The position numbers were made by a program, and so were the translations under genes. A stretch of DNA of 64,000 nt, taken from the NCBI GenBank assembly GCA_043228905.1, contig JBHGNT010000001.1, forward strand, positions 20,274,001-20,338,000, read 5' to 3'. Source of the stretch: Azolla caroliniana. Taxonomy: Eukaryota > Plantae > Polypodiophyta. Under the pieces are notes generated by a model, which worked only from the letters and a program-made list of their open reading frames with translations, did not search any database and was not told the origin of the DNA. Of the stretch, positions 41,299 through 51,585 are shown piece by piece. Numbering within the stretch: position 1 is the stretch's first letter; every line of letters begins with the position of its first letter.

Positions 41299-41648
41299 GA
41301 CAAGCGGCGGTACCGCGACCTTACACACACCGGCCCTAGAGGCTCCGGCGGTCGGCCCGAGTGCCGGCGTGAGACCTAGAGCGGCGCGCGGTGGCGGCGG
41401 CAAGGCGGGCAACCGAGACGACGACATGGAAGAGACGACGGCAAGCGTAATCGAGGCTTGCGCGATCGGAGGTGGGGTAGCCGCGGACAACGACGTCCGA
41501 ACGGAAGCGGCAACGAACACAACGAGCGGCGGTGCCGGGTCCTTACCCACACCGGTCCTAGAGGCTCCGGCGGTCGGCCCGAGTGCCGGCGTGAGACCTA
41601 GAGCGACGGGTGGTCGCGGCAGCAAGGCGAGCAACCGAGACGATGACG
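41299..41648 (+). repeat. Two ~125-bp GC-rich direct repeats inside the gag-only element
   Basis: CTAGAGGCTCCGGCGGTCGGCCCGAGTGCCGGCGTGAGACCTAGAGCG is shared by about 41299-41426 and 41522-41648. Confidence 0.9.
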
Positions 41649-42327
41649 AAGATTGTAGCGGACGGAGGTAAGACTCCTCGACACTTGGGCTAGAGACTAT
41701 GACAGTTGCGCTCGAATGCTAACGTAAGACCAGAGAGAAGGGCGGTGGCCGTGAGGAGGCGTGGCCCAGAGCGAACACGTACGAAGATGAGGATGCGAAG
41801 CCCGGAACGGGCATATACAAGAGGATCGATGGAGAGGTTGGGAGCGGCAAAGAGGAGAGAGTCGGGGACCGACTCGACCGGAAGACGAAGCGGAAGAAGA
41901 GTGAAGCGGGGGCCGGTCAACTGGGCCCAAACCGAAAGAAGCCGGCAAGACCGAGATTGTTTGATCGACTCCTTACCGACCGGTTAAGGTTATGATGGGA
42001 GCCGGTGAGAGCGAGAAGGAGTCTGACCGGGCACGACGAGTACGGATCGGTGAGAGGCCGAGAGCAAGAGGGACCATCCCCGCCTATTCTAGAGACTTCG
42101 GCGATTGCGGATCAACATAAGACCGGAGAGACGCAGGTGGCGGCGAGGAGTCGGAGACCGGAACGGACAAGGCTACCGGAACAGGTATCCGGTGCGTGAA
42201 GACGGACGAGCACGACCAAGACGGCAAGCGAGAGTCGGAAGGGGCTACAACAATGAAGGATGAAGAGACCGACGCGAAGGTCGGGTCTACGACGGATGAG
42301 GCGCGTAATACGAAGTATGCACTACGG

Positions 42328-43367
42328 TGTCGTGAAGATCTGTCACTAGGCGTGGATTGTGAGGCGAAACCGCCGGGGTTCTGGACCGGAAGGATTCGAA
42401 GTCGGTACAAGCTTTAGTGAGGAAGTATTTAAGATAGATTGGGAAAGAGAGAAGTTGAGATTAAACTATTGAGAGAGATTGATTGAACTTTTATCTTTAG
42501 ATTTAAGAAACAAGTTACATGATCAATTCGATAACAAATTTTCTTCTTCTTAATTTCATAACCAAAAGAGCCTCCCTTTTTTATAAGAATCCCCTCTTTT
42601 ATAGATGCCCTCATGCATTTGAGGGTTCAAGACATGCATAAAATGCATGTTTGCCATTTGGCACTCATGTATTACATGTGTTGCATGATAACCACGTCAC
42701 TCATTTTAGCTCTCATGTATGAGAATTTATATGTAAAGTTATAATGATAAAAATATTATTTCAAGAAATTGTATTGGTTTAGTGGTAAGCATATAGACTC
42801 TCAACTTGGAGGTGCAAGGTTCAAATCCACACTTGTAGTCCTTGTGTATATATATATGTGTATACATATATTTATTCATTTATTTATATATCTATCCGGA
42901 TGCCGGATGCCGTCGCCTCACCGGCTCCGTCAGATGTCGGTTCCGCTCACTGCCGGATCACCGGCTCCATTGCCGGTCCGGTTTTGGTTGGCCAAAACCC
43001 TTACAAGTGGTTAGACCACCTCCACTCTTAGTTCAAGTTACCTTAAACTCTCTATGCTCCACACATAGACACAAAGATGATAACTTTTGCTCCACCTTAT
43101 ATATGGTGAGAGCCTTATTCGTCCTGTCTATGTGGGATATCTCACAATTTTCTCTTGTTCTTTCACAACTTCTTACCCACATAAGTTGCCACTTAGATGT
43201 TCGTTTCTTATGTAGTAAAGTGCATCTCTTCAAGATCTTCGTCTTTTGTACTAAGATATTAAACTTACTTCGAATTAGTACATTCACTATTATTTTTTTA
43301 TATTATTGACACTTGATTTCGTACGTCTTATGTGATTTTCACACCATTGCCGAAAATCTTCACGACA
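42328..43367 (-). mobile_element. Solo LTR (1040 bp) of a related Gypsy family, 4-bp TSD
   Basis: 12-bp terminal inverted repeat TGTCGTGAAGAT...ATCTTCACGACA. TSD ACGG at 42324-42327 and 43368-43371. Its minus-strand start TGTCGTGAAGATTTTCG matches the LTR start at 39731. TATA-like motifs on minus near 42575-42604. Confidence 0.88.
42768..42835 (+). other. Degenerate tRNA-like sequence (Pol III A box and B box) inside the solo LTR
   Basis: A box TGGTTTAGTGG 42775-42785 and B box GGTTCAAATCC 42818-42828, 32 nt apart. CTCTCAA sits at the anticodon-loop position. Stems do not pair, so it is not a functional tRNA. Confidence 0.6.
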
Positions 43368-46300
43368 ACGGTGTGAAACGGAGCATGCTCTATAGCCGCT
43401 CGAGGGCCAAGAAACGAGCATGTATTCGGAAGAGCCACAACGAGTGACCGGTGATAGCGGTCCGGTCGAGCCTTTGAGAGGCAAAAGCGCGGCGAGATGC
43501 CGGGATCGGCGGATGGGCGGCAAGAGCGAAGGATGGTGCGCGGAGAACAACGGGGTACACACCTAGAAGAGAAAACGCGGCGGCTTCCCGGAGGGCATGC
43601 AAGGCCAAGCGGGTCAAGAGGGCGCAAGTCGAGGCGAGGCGGTAATGAGAGCCTCGAGGAACACTGACACGGAGGTCTGGATGACGGTACGCTCTACGAC
43701 GAGAGAGCACGGCGGGCAAAGAAGAAGCAAGGAACGCGGAATGGGGTCGCCTAAGGGCCAAAGAATGAGCGCATATTCAGCATGCAAAGACGATAAAACC
43801 AAAGGAGGACCATACGCAGCACGCAAAGGGCGGAATTCGGAGTGCGATCGGGAGCGCATTCGGAGGACATACGAGGCGGACCAAGAGGGTGTACCTCGGG
43901 GCGAAGCGGCAACATCGGAGGTTGCGGAGGACACCGAAAACGAGAGCACCGACACGGATGTCGGGGAAGCAACGTACCTTTTCAAAAGGGTACGCAGAGC
44001 GGAGCGGAGTGCGAGACGTGCGATGTGGCCGCGTAAGGGTCGAGCGACGAGCACCAGGATGATCAACGACGAAGTTTGGCGCGTGACAGTGCCGAGTCGA
44101 GGAAGCGGCCGAGGCAAGACAAGCGTGGACGAAGAGCACACGGTGCAATATCCGGCAAACGGTCGGGAAGAATGAGGATTCGGTCCAAGGTCGTGCGCGG
44201 AAAACGAAGGAAGACAAAGAGAGGTGTGCGAAGACTGGGTCTGGCGGACTAGGTGGAGATAGTGGTTCGGCGAACTCCGTCGAGTATGGTGGATCGGATG
44301 GAGCCGACGGTTCGAGAGCATACGACGGATATGGCGGACTGGGAGGCTACGGTGGTCCATGTGGGACGGATGGGCTTGCTCGAAGTGGAAGACGAAGTCG
44401 AGCAAAGTTGACAAAGACACTAAGGACTCGGTTGACCACCATGGGTGAAAATCTCACCTCTTTCCCTTCTTGGCACATACCGGTGGATGTGAGGTTTGGT
44501 GGCGGCGGATGTCATGAAGATTTTCATCCATAGGGGGAAACCAGGGTGGAATGGGCAAGTCGGTGGTGTGCAACATGTGCACACATATACTAGGAAATGG
44601 TGTATAGAAATAAGAGGGAAAATTTTATCCCACATTGTAAGGTCCCTCCCTCCTTGGGCTATAAAAGGAAGGGAGGGGTCACTTATGAAGGGGTTGCCTA
44701 TTTTGCGTATGAAAGGTATATACCACTTAGTCTAGAGTTCTTACCGTTTTAGGGTTAAGGTTTCGTTATTCATCCTCGGTTAGGGTTTTCTCATAGTTGT
44801 TTGGTGCGGCCCATGCGGCCACCATTGTTGTAATCATTTGTTTGTTTTAATATAACTTGTTGAGCATCTTGCCTCGGCCAATCTCTCCTTCTATGTCATG
44901 GTCTTATTCTTTCTTCTTCTCCTCTTGAGCTAAGCTTCCAAAACATATCTTATTCTTTCTCCTCTACCCCCTACTCCTCTACCCCGGTGGTCCCGCCCCT
45001 TCTACACGCACGCGCGTAACAATGCGTGAAGTCAAGAGAAACCGGAGCGAAGGACCGGAAGAGCCTCAAGTTGAGCTTGAGGGGGAGTGTTGAGATACAA
45101 GCTCAACATTGGCCGGATCATTGCGTAAACTGGTATGCAACAAGAGGCCGGATCAGTGCGGAAACCGAGAGGCCGTTGAACAGATATTCGCGAGGGAATA
45201 TATTTGGGAGTTGGTGTAGGAGCTCAATTATGAGCATTGAAGTACATGTCACTACTTCTGTCAGTCCGTATGGACTTGTATAAAAGTGCTCCTTGAGCAC
45301 ATCCTATGGACAGTTTTTCATATTATTCGAATTTAGTTGTTTTCCCTCTCTATCTCTCTCGCGTACATTGTGTCTTAAGCTCTCCATTAAACCTGTTTTT
45401 TCTCTGTTGGTATTTTGTGCTTCGTATTGCTTCCGCACTTAACATTTCACAAATCTAAAGTATAGAAAAAGGACAGTGTGCTAGTAAACCTATTATTTTC
45501 AACATTAAGTATTTTGATTGAAGTTTTGCTATGAGGCCAATGTTGTATTATTAAAAATCATTCTCAAATATAGTTTAAGATCATGCAAAAGATGTTACAC
45601 AATAATTTGATTCATGGCATGTGTGAAAATGTTGTATTGCTTGAGATTGCTATAAATTTTTACCAAATGTATTGACATCAACATGTGTCAATGCTTATAG
45701 ACTGTTGAGAGACAAGCTCAACATCGGCCGGATCGGCTGAGCAAGCCGAGGACCGGATCGGTTGGGACCGATAGGTTAGGCCGGACCGGTGCGTAAAACG
45801 GATATGCAAACCGGTGCGTAACGAGAGGCTGTATCAGTGCGTAAACTGAAAGGCCGTTAGAGAGATATTCCTCGTAAGGAATAGTTTTGGGACTAAGTGT
45901 TGAGGCTCATTTATGAGCAGTCAAGTACTGTCAGTACTTGTGTTAGCCCGATTGTCAGGGCTTGTATAAAAGGTGCTCACTAAGCACGGTGTATGTACAG
46001 ATTGAGTATTATTTTTGAATTTAGTTATGTGTGTTCTCTCTCTGTCTCTCCCGCGTCCTGTGTATATTCAAGCTCTCCATTAAACCTGCGTATTTTCTTT
46101 GTGTTTGTTTTTCTATTGCTTCCACACATAATCTTTCACATGGTATCAGAGCACGAGGGTTGAGAACCTCTGCAGCCGACATAGCTTGAAAGAAAAACCA
46201 ACCAAGAAGAACAAGCAAAACTGATGGACAGAGGCATGGCAAGCTCGCTTCCAACGAAGAAGCTCGACAGAAACAACTACACGTCTTGGTCTTACAAGAT

Positions 46301-46539
46301 GCACCAGTACCTGCTCGGACACGATTACTGGAGCTATGTCGATGGAACAAATGACACAACACTCGATTCGACACACAAAGACTTCCCGGCGTGGGAACAA
46401 TCGGCGAGCAGAGTGCTGTACTGTTTCGCGTCTCGTGTGGGCGAACAACTATTAAGCTACGTTCGGGATGCAAAAATGCCGAAGGGTGCGTGGGAAAATC
46501 TGAAGAAGATCTTTGCCGCGAGCACCACAGCCAGGAAGC

Positions 46540-47374
46540 TGACGGGGACCCAACGATCCTTATGCGCGACGCTCGGCCACAACCGAGCGTAGAATGATAC
46601 ACAGAAAACGGGAAATAAAACACGACACAAAGGAGAGGAAGATACACACACACTACACAGGAGGTTTACGTGGAAAACCCCAAACTAGGGGAAAAACCAC
46701 GGCAGTCCACAGGCTGCAAACTGTCACTATGTAAGAATGTACAAAACAGTGAGTCCACGGAGGCAATGACCTCGTGCTCACGATCTTCGCCACAGGCGGC
46801 GGTTACAACAGAGGCAACGACCTCGATCTCTCTCTCTCTCTCTCTCTCTGTACAGTTACGCACTCTGATTTCGTGCGAAACAGAAAATGACAACACATAC
46901 TAAAAGTTTGCCCTAAGTCATATTTATACTAATATGACTTTTCGGCTATTTACAAATATAGCCTCGATGGGCTCTCAGGAACATATTTACGAATATGTCT
47001 TTTCCTCCGGTTCTCACTGGTTCTGCACCATCCGGCTCTCCGTAGCCGGGTACTCCTCATCCGGTTCACACCGGGCCTGCACCATCCGGCTCTCCGTAGC
47101 CGGGTACTACTCATCCGGTTCACACTGGGCATGCACCATCCGGTTCTCCGTAGCCGGGTACTCCTCATCCGGTTCACACCGGGCCTGTATCATCCGACTC
47201 TCCGTAGCCGGGTACTACTCATCCGGTCCACACCGGGCCTGTATCATCCGGCTCTCCGTAGCCGGGTACTACTCATCCGGTCCACACCGGGCCTGTATCA
47301 TCCGGCTCTCCGTAGCCGTGTACTCCTCATACCGTTCTTCTCCCTTCCCATCCGGAGGGACCTGTCTCCCAACA
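46540..47374 (-). mobile_element. Solo LTR (835 bp) in Copia-3 gag, related to 1105-1753
   Basis: TG...CA termini. TSD GAAGC at 46535-46539 and 47375-47379. Shares GCTCGGCCACAACC, GTTTACGTGGAAAACCC, TCTTCGCCACAGGCGGCGGT, a (CT)n tract and TTTGCCCTAAGTCATATTTATAC with the LINE-inserted LTR. Confidence 0.93.
47004..47327. repeat. 6 x 54-bp tandem repeat made of two alternating hairpin modules
   Basis: Module A CATCCGGCTCTCCGTAGCCGGGTACT(C/A)CT at 47029, 47083, 47137, 47191, 47245 and 47299 alternates with module B CATCCGGTTCACACCGGGCCTG(C/T)A(C/T). Confidence 0.95.
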
Positions 47375-50300
47375 GAAGCTTTAGCTCCGAAAGGAGTTGA
47401 GCAACCTACGACAACGCGATTTGTCGGTGGCTGACTATACCTCGAAGATCAAGGACATATGCAACTCTTTATCTTCCATCGATGTGAACATCGAGGAAAG
47501 CGAGATGGTCCAGATCTGTCTCGGGGGTTTGGCGTCAAAGTTCGGAGCGTTCCGAACTGCTGTGTGTACACGGGAGAATACGCCGTCATTTTTTGACTTA
47601 CAGTCGATGCTCCTTATAGAGGAGAACCACGCGGGTGCGTCGACAAGCATGCATGCCGACAACAAGATGCTGTACACAGAGGGAGAAAGGCCCCGTGGTC
47701 GTGGCGGACGGGGCGAGTCGGTACGCAATGGAGGCAGCCGATGGGATCAAGGAAGAAGGCACCAAAGTGATGCCGACAACAATTCTGGACCCTCCGGAAT
47801 CAGGGGGAGTCGAGGCGACGAGAACTGGCAAGGGAAATCCGTCGCGGAATGCTGGTACTGTGGCAAGAAAGGCCACAGGGAGAGCGAGTGCTGGAAAAAG
47901 CACGACGATTCGGAGAGAACCGGGTGCAAAACAAGTTCTGGACAGACCGACGAAGGAAATCGACAACGATCGCACTACGCCGAAGGATCCACAGAAGCCG
48001 GAAAAGGGTCAGTCTTCGTGACGAGACACAAAGCAAACTCGATGAAGAAAATCACCCCGAAGTCAGAGGAGGTGTGGTACGTCGACTCTGGCTCATCAAA
48101 TCACATGACGAGCCATAAGGAGTGGTTCTCGTATCTAGAAAAACCGATGCAACCAGAGACGACACTCCGCATCCAATCGCGAATGTCGGAGAAGTTCCCC
48201 TGAGCCATGTCAGGCAGAAAGGGAAACTCATGAACGTGCTACACGTTCCGACAATCACGAAGAACTTGGTGTCGGTCGGACAGATCGTCGACCAAGGGAT
48301 GGAGGTCCAGTTTACACACCTCGGTTGCTTCATTGAGGAAGAAGGCCGTGTTATTGCGCAAGGGCGTAGAGATGGGAGGATGTTCATCCTCGACTCTATT
48401 GACAATGGCACCACAATGTTTGTGAAGGGACAAAAAGTCAAGTCGGACATCGACTTATGGCACAAGCGGATAGGCCACGTCAACTACCAACGGCTTCAAG
48501 ACTTGCAATCGAAACAGGTGGTATTCGGATTGCCCAAATTTAGTGGCAGGAAGGCACAAATTTGTGAAGCCTGCCAACTTGGGAAGCAACAACGATTTCC
48601 CCTTCCCCAACGAGCGTAACCGGAGTCGGAACAAGCTCGACATGATAAACTCCGATGTGTGGGGGCCGACACAAAACGTTAGTCTTGGCGGGAGCCGATA
48701 TTTCATCTCCTTCATCGACGACTACACGCGCCTCATTGAGAGGAAGAGAGAAGTCTTCGATTGTTTCCAGGACCTCAAAGGGTTCGTGGAAACGGAAACA
48801 GAAAGAAAGATCAAGTGCTTGTAGTTGGATGGCAAAAAAGAATATTTTTCCGGTCAATTCAACGGTTATCTATAACAGATGGGAATTCGGCGCGAATTAA
48901 GTTGTAGATACACGCTCGAGCAAAACGGCGTGGCCGAGAGGAAAAATCGGTCAGTTGTGGAAGCGGCACGGGCAATGCTGGAGGAGAAGAGCTTGCCCAA
49001 GTTTTACTAGGCCGAGGCGGTAAGGACCGCGGTATACATCCAGAACCGGATTGGAGACAACGTGTTGGTGCACGAGCTATATTTCGGAACGAAGCCGAAC
49101 TTGCGACACTTACGATTTTTAGGTAGCATTGCGTATGTGCATGTGCCGAAGGAGAAATGGAGAAAGCTGGACGCAAAGGCCGAGAAATGTATCTTGGTCG
49201 GTTACTCGGACGAGTAGAAGGGTTATAAGTGTTATAACCCGCGCATCAAACAAGCGTGCATGAGCCGCGACGTTGTGTTTGACGAATCCATGTCCTGGTA
49301 CTTGCCTCCGACTCCGCACGTCACCTCCAATCCTAGTTCTGACAATGAGGTCAGCGAGACTGAGATGCCTCCGGATGATCCTGAAATCGGGACCCGCGAA
49401 GAGAGTTCGATTTCGTTTCGGTTAAGTGGACTAAATTGATGACATAGTCGGTTTGACCAGTCTGATGAAGCACCGACGTGTAGTGGAGACTCGGCCGTGC
49501 ATTCCCCGTGCAAGAAACCGAGAAGACGGCTTACGCGCAAAGAGAAAGGGAAGAAGAAGGTGTTGTATTCCAACACGGATAGGAATGAGTCAGACCGACG
49601 CGAGTCTGACTCCGAGGGAAGCGGTGACGGGTCTTCAAGAGCGAAGTCCACGTCGGTCGAGAAGACCTCGATATCGGCTAACAACCGATTATGCCGATCT
49701 ACCCGCCAGAAGAACCCAGTTGTGCGGTTCGGATACAACGAGTACATGGCGCGTCATTATGCGTACATGACCCATGTAGCAGAAGTGCGTGAGCCGGAGA
49801 GCTACACAGAAGCGGCTAAGGACACGAATTGGTGCCCCGCAATGGAGGAAGAGATGCACGCATTGGCGGAAAACGAGACCTGGGACCTGGTTGACGCACC
49901 GAAGGGTGTGAAGCCGATCGGATGTAGGTGGGTGTACAAGGTCAAGTACAACACTGACGGCTCGGTCAACCGATACAAGGCCGGGTTAGTGGCAAAAGGC
50001 TACGCGCAGAAACACGGCATCGACTACGATGAGACCGTTCGCGAAGATGACGACCGTTCGTGTTTGCGCCAGTCGCGAAGATGACGACTGTTCGTGTTTT
50101 GCTCGCGATATCTGCGGCAAAGGGGTGGCACTTACATCAGATGGATGTAAAGAATGCGTTCCTACAAAGTGAGCTTGAGGAACATGTGTACATGGTACAA
50201 CCCCTCGGATTTCAGTTCGGAACGAACACGTCGACAATGTGCCGATTGAAGAAGTCCCTTTACGGACTGAAGCTAGCCCTACGTGCCTGGAATGCGAAGA

Positions 50301-50599
50301 TTACGCAACAACTAGGTCGGATGGGCTTTGCAAAGTCAAAATCGGACTCTTCCCTGTTCATCCGGAAAGGTTGACTCGGTCCGGTGTCGCGTTGTTACGC
50401 GCGTGCGTGGGGAACGAGGAGGGACAACTGGGGTCCTTGACCGAAAAATAGCTGAGACGCGTGTAAGGGCTAGTTTACACACGCTAAACTCGGTCTCCGC
50501 CTAGGGACAGTTTTCCTCACGATATCCGCCCCCACCTAACGGCGCATCCACCGGTATGCGCCAAAATTGGGCTCTTGCTGGAGAAAACCGGTCCATGCT

Positions 50600-51580
50600 T
50601 TACTCCTCCTCGTGTTCCGGATCGTCATCCGCCTCGGACCTCCCGTCGTTGCCGTTCATGCTTTCCAGATTCGGCTCGCACTCATGTCGTTTCTTAAACT
50701 CTTTGACCCTCTTCCCCGCTACCGGTATTGCCATCCCCGTACCGTCGAGCTCCACAAGATGGTAGGTCTTGTTGTCGTTGGCGCCTGTCACCACGTAAGG
50801 CCCGAACCACCTCCTTGCAAACTTCCACGTTGCCCTGTGCTGGTTGTTGAGGCTGCTGTCATACACTAGGACCCTGTCGCCTTCCTCGATTTTCTTCGGT
50901 CGCAGTCGGTGAGTCCGGTCAAACAGCCCTTTGTTCTTCAACCTTGCCAACCGAAGCTTCTCCGCGGCTCGTTCCACGTCCTCCGGCCTTCGCTGGAGCT
51001 GTCGAATCCGTGCCACTAGCAGCTCCTCCCGGCTCATCTCATCTCTCTGTGGCCCATGAGGAGATGGTTCGCTGTGTTGGCATGATCGGCCTCTGTCTGT
51101 ACATAAGCTTTGCCGGCATGAACCCGATTACCGAACTGTGCGTAGTTCGGTCCTCCCACAAGGCATAAGGTAGCAGTCGCGGCCAATTCCTGACTTGGCC
51201 TTCACACGCCCGTACTAGCACTTTGACGATCGGCCCGTGTCCGTGCTCCACCTTCCCGTTAGCCTCCGGATTGTACACTGTGGTGCGCGAGAGTTTGATA
51301 GTCGGTCAAACAACTCTTTAGCCTGTTGCGCGTCCAACTCTCCGTGGTCTCTTCCTTTGTCGACGCCGCGTCCGGTGTCATTGTTTTCAGGAGCCCGCCG
51401 ATTTGGAGTCACTCCCTGTCATACTTGCTCTCGTTGAATTCGTTAAGCGCCAGAGTGTCCCCTTTCCTCGTCGTCACGTTAGCTGACCCGAAGAAGTCCT
51501 CGCCGACTTCTTCGTCATCCGAAACAATGCCGTCTTCGTCGTTGAACCTCGCTCTCGAAAGCATGTCGGCCATGGCATTA
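50600..51580 (-). pseudogene. Gypsy RNase H end and integrase remnant (core partly deleted) with GPY/F tail
   Basis: DNAMADMLSR continues HISGK across the Copia-4 insertion. YNPEANGKVE, WPRLLPYALWEDRTT, FARRWFGPYVV. Confidence 0.88.
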
Positions 51581-51585
51581 TCCTT

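Larger units (their letters stand above)
39731..45025 (+). mobile_element. Non-autonomous, gag-only Ty3/gypsy derivative (TR-GAG/LARD-like)
   Basis: LTRs 39731-40247 (TGTCGTG...CACGACA) and 44510 to about 45025, with the last bases lost in a deletion. PBS at 40252-40269. Gag fragment VDRVGRLNGNEVPSFLRAYNAEM resembles the gag at 60778-61362. No protease, RT or integrase motifs seen. Confidence 0.88.
36131..45451 (+). mobile_element. Ty1/copia 'Copia-2', older and decayed; contains a nested gag-only Gypsy derivative
   Basis: LTRs 36131-36509 and 45088-45451. TSD AATCT (36126-36130, 45452-45456). PBS TGGTATCAGAGC at 36510-36521. PPT GAGGGGGAG at 45079-45087. Many stops; integrase core deleted near 38025 and RNase H region lost. 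Confidence 0.95.
45703..50384 (+). mobile_element. Ty1/copia 'Copia-3', 5' portion (LTR, gag, protease, integrase, part of RT), decayed; 3' part not in window
   Basis: LTR 45703-46140 (TG...CA), PBS TGGTATCAGAGC 46141-46152, same gag-pol family as Copia-2 and Copia-4. Interrupted by a solo LTR at 46540 and by a Gypsy at 50385. Confidence 0.93.

Noticed and set aside
42768-42835. Functional tRNA-Glu gene
   Set aside because: Acceptor, anticodon and T stems do not pair. Kept only as a tRNA-derived promoter-like remnant.
43597-44420. Overlapping 192-aa and 268-aa ORFs as an env-like or extra gene in the gag-only element
   Set aside because: GC-rich low-complexity sequence that is open in several frames on both strands, with no signal peptide, transmembrane segment or known motif.
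47004-47327. CRISPR-like look of alternating palindromic modules (also 1587-1705)
   Set aside because: The would-be spacers are near-identical to each other, the array is inside a TSD-bounded LTR, the DNA is eukaryotic and no cas genes are present.
46934-47434. ORFs with 18-aa repeats (IRLSVAGYSSSGSHRACT)
   Set aside because: They are translations of the 54-bp LTR tandem repeat, open because 54 is a multiple of 3 and the unit is GC-rich. No evidence of a gene.
50033-50100. Short duplication of TCGCGAAGATGACGAC(C/T)GTTCGTGTTT in Copia-3 RT
   Set aside because: An ordinary slippage or repair duplication private to this copy (absent near 63050). Useful only for ordering events.
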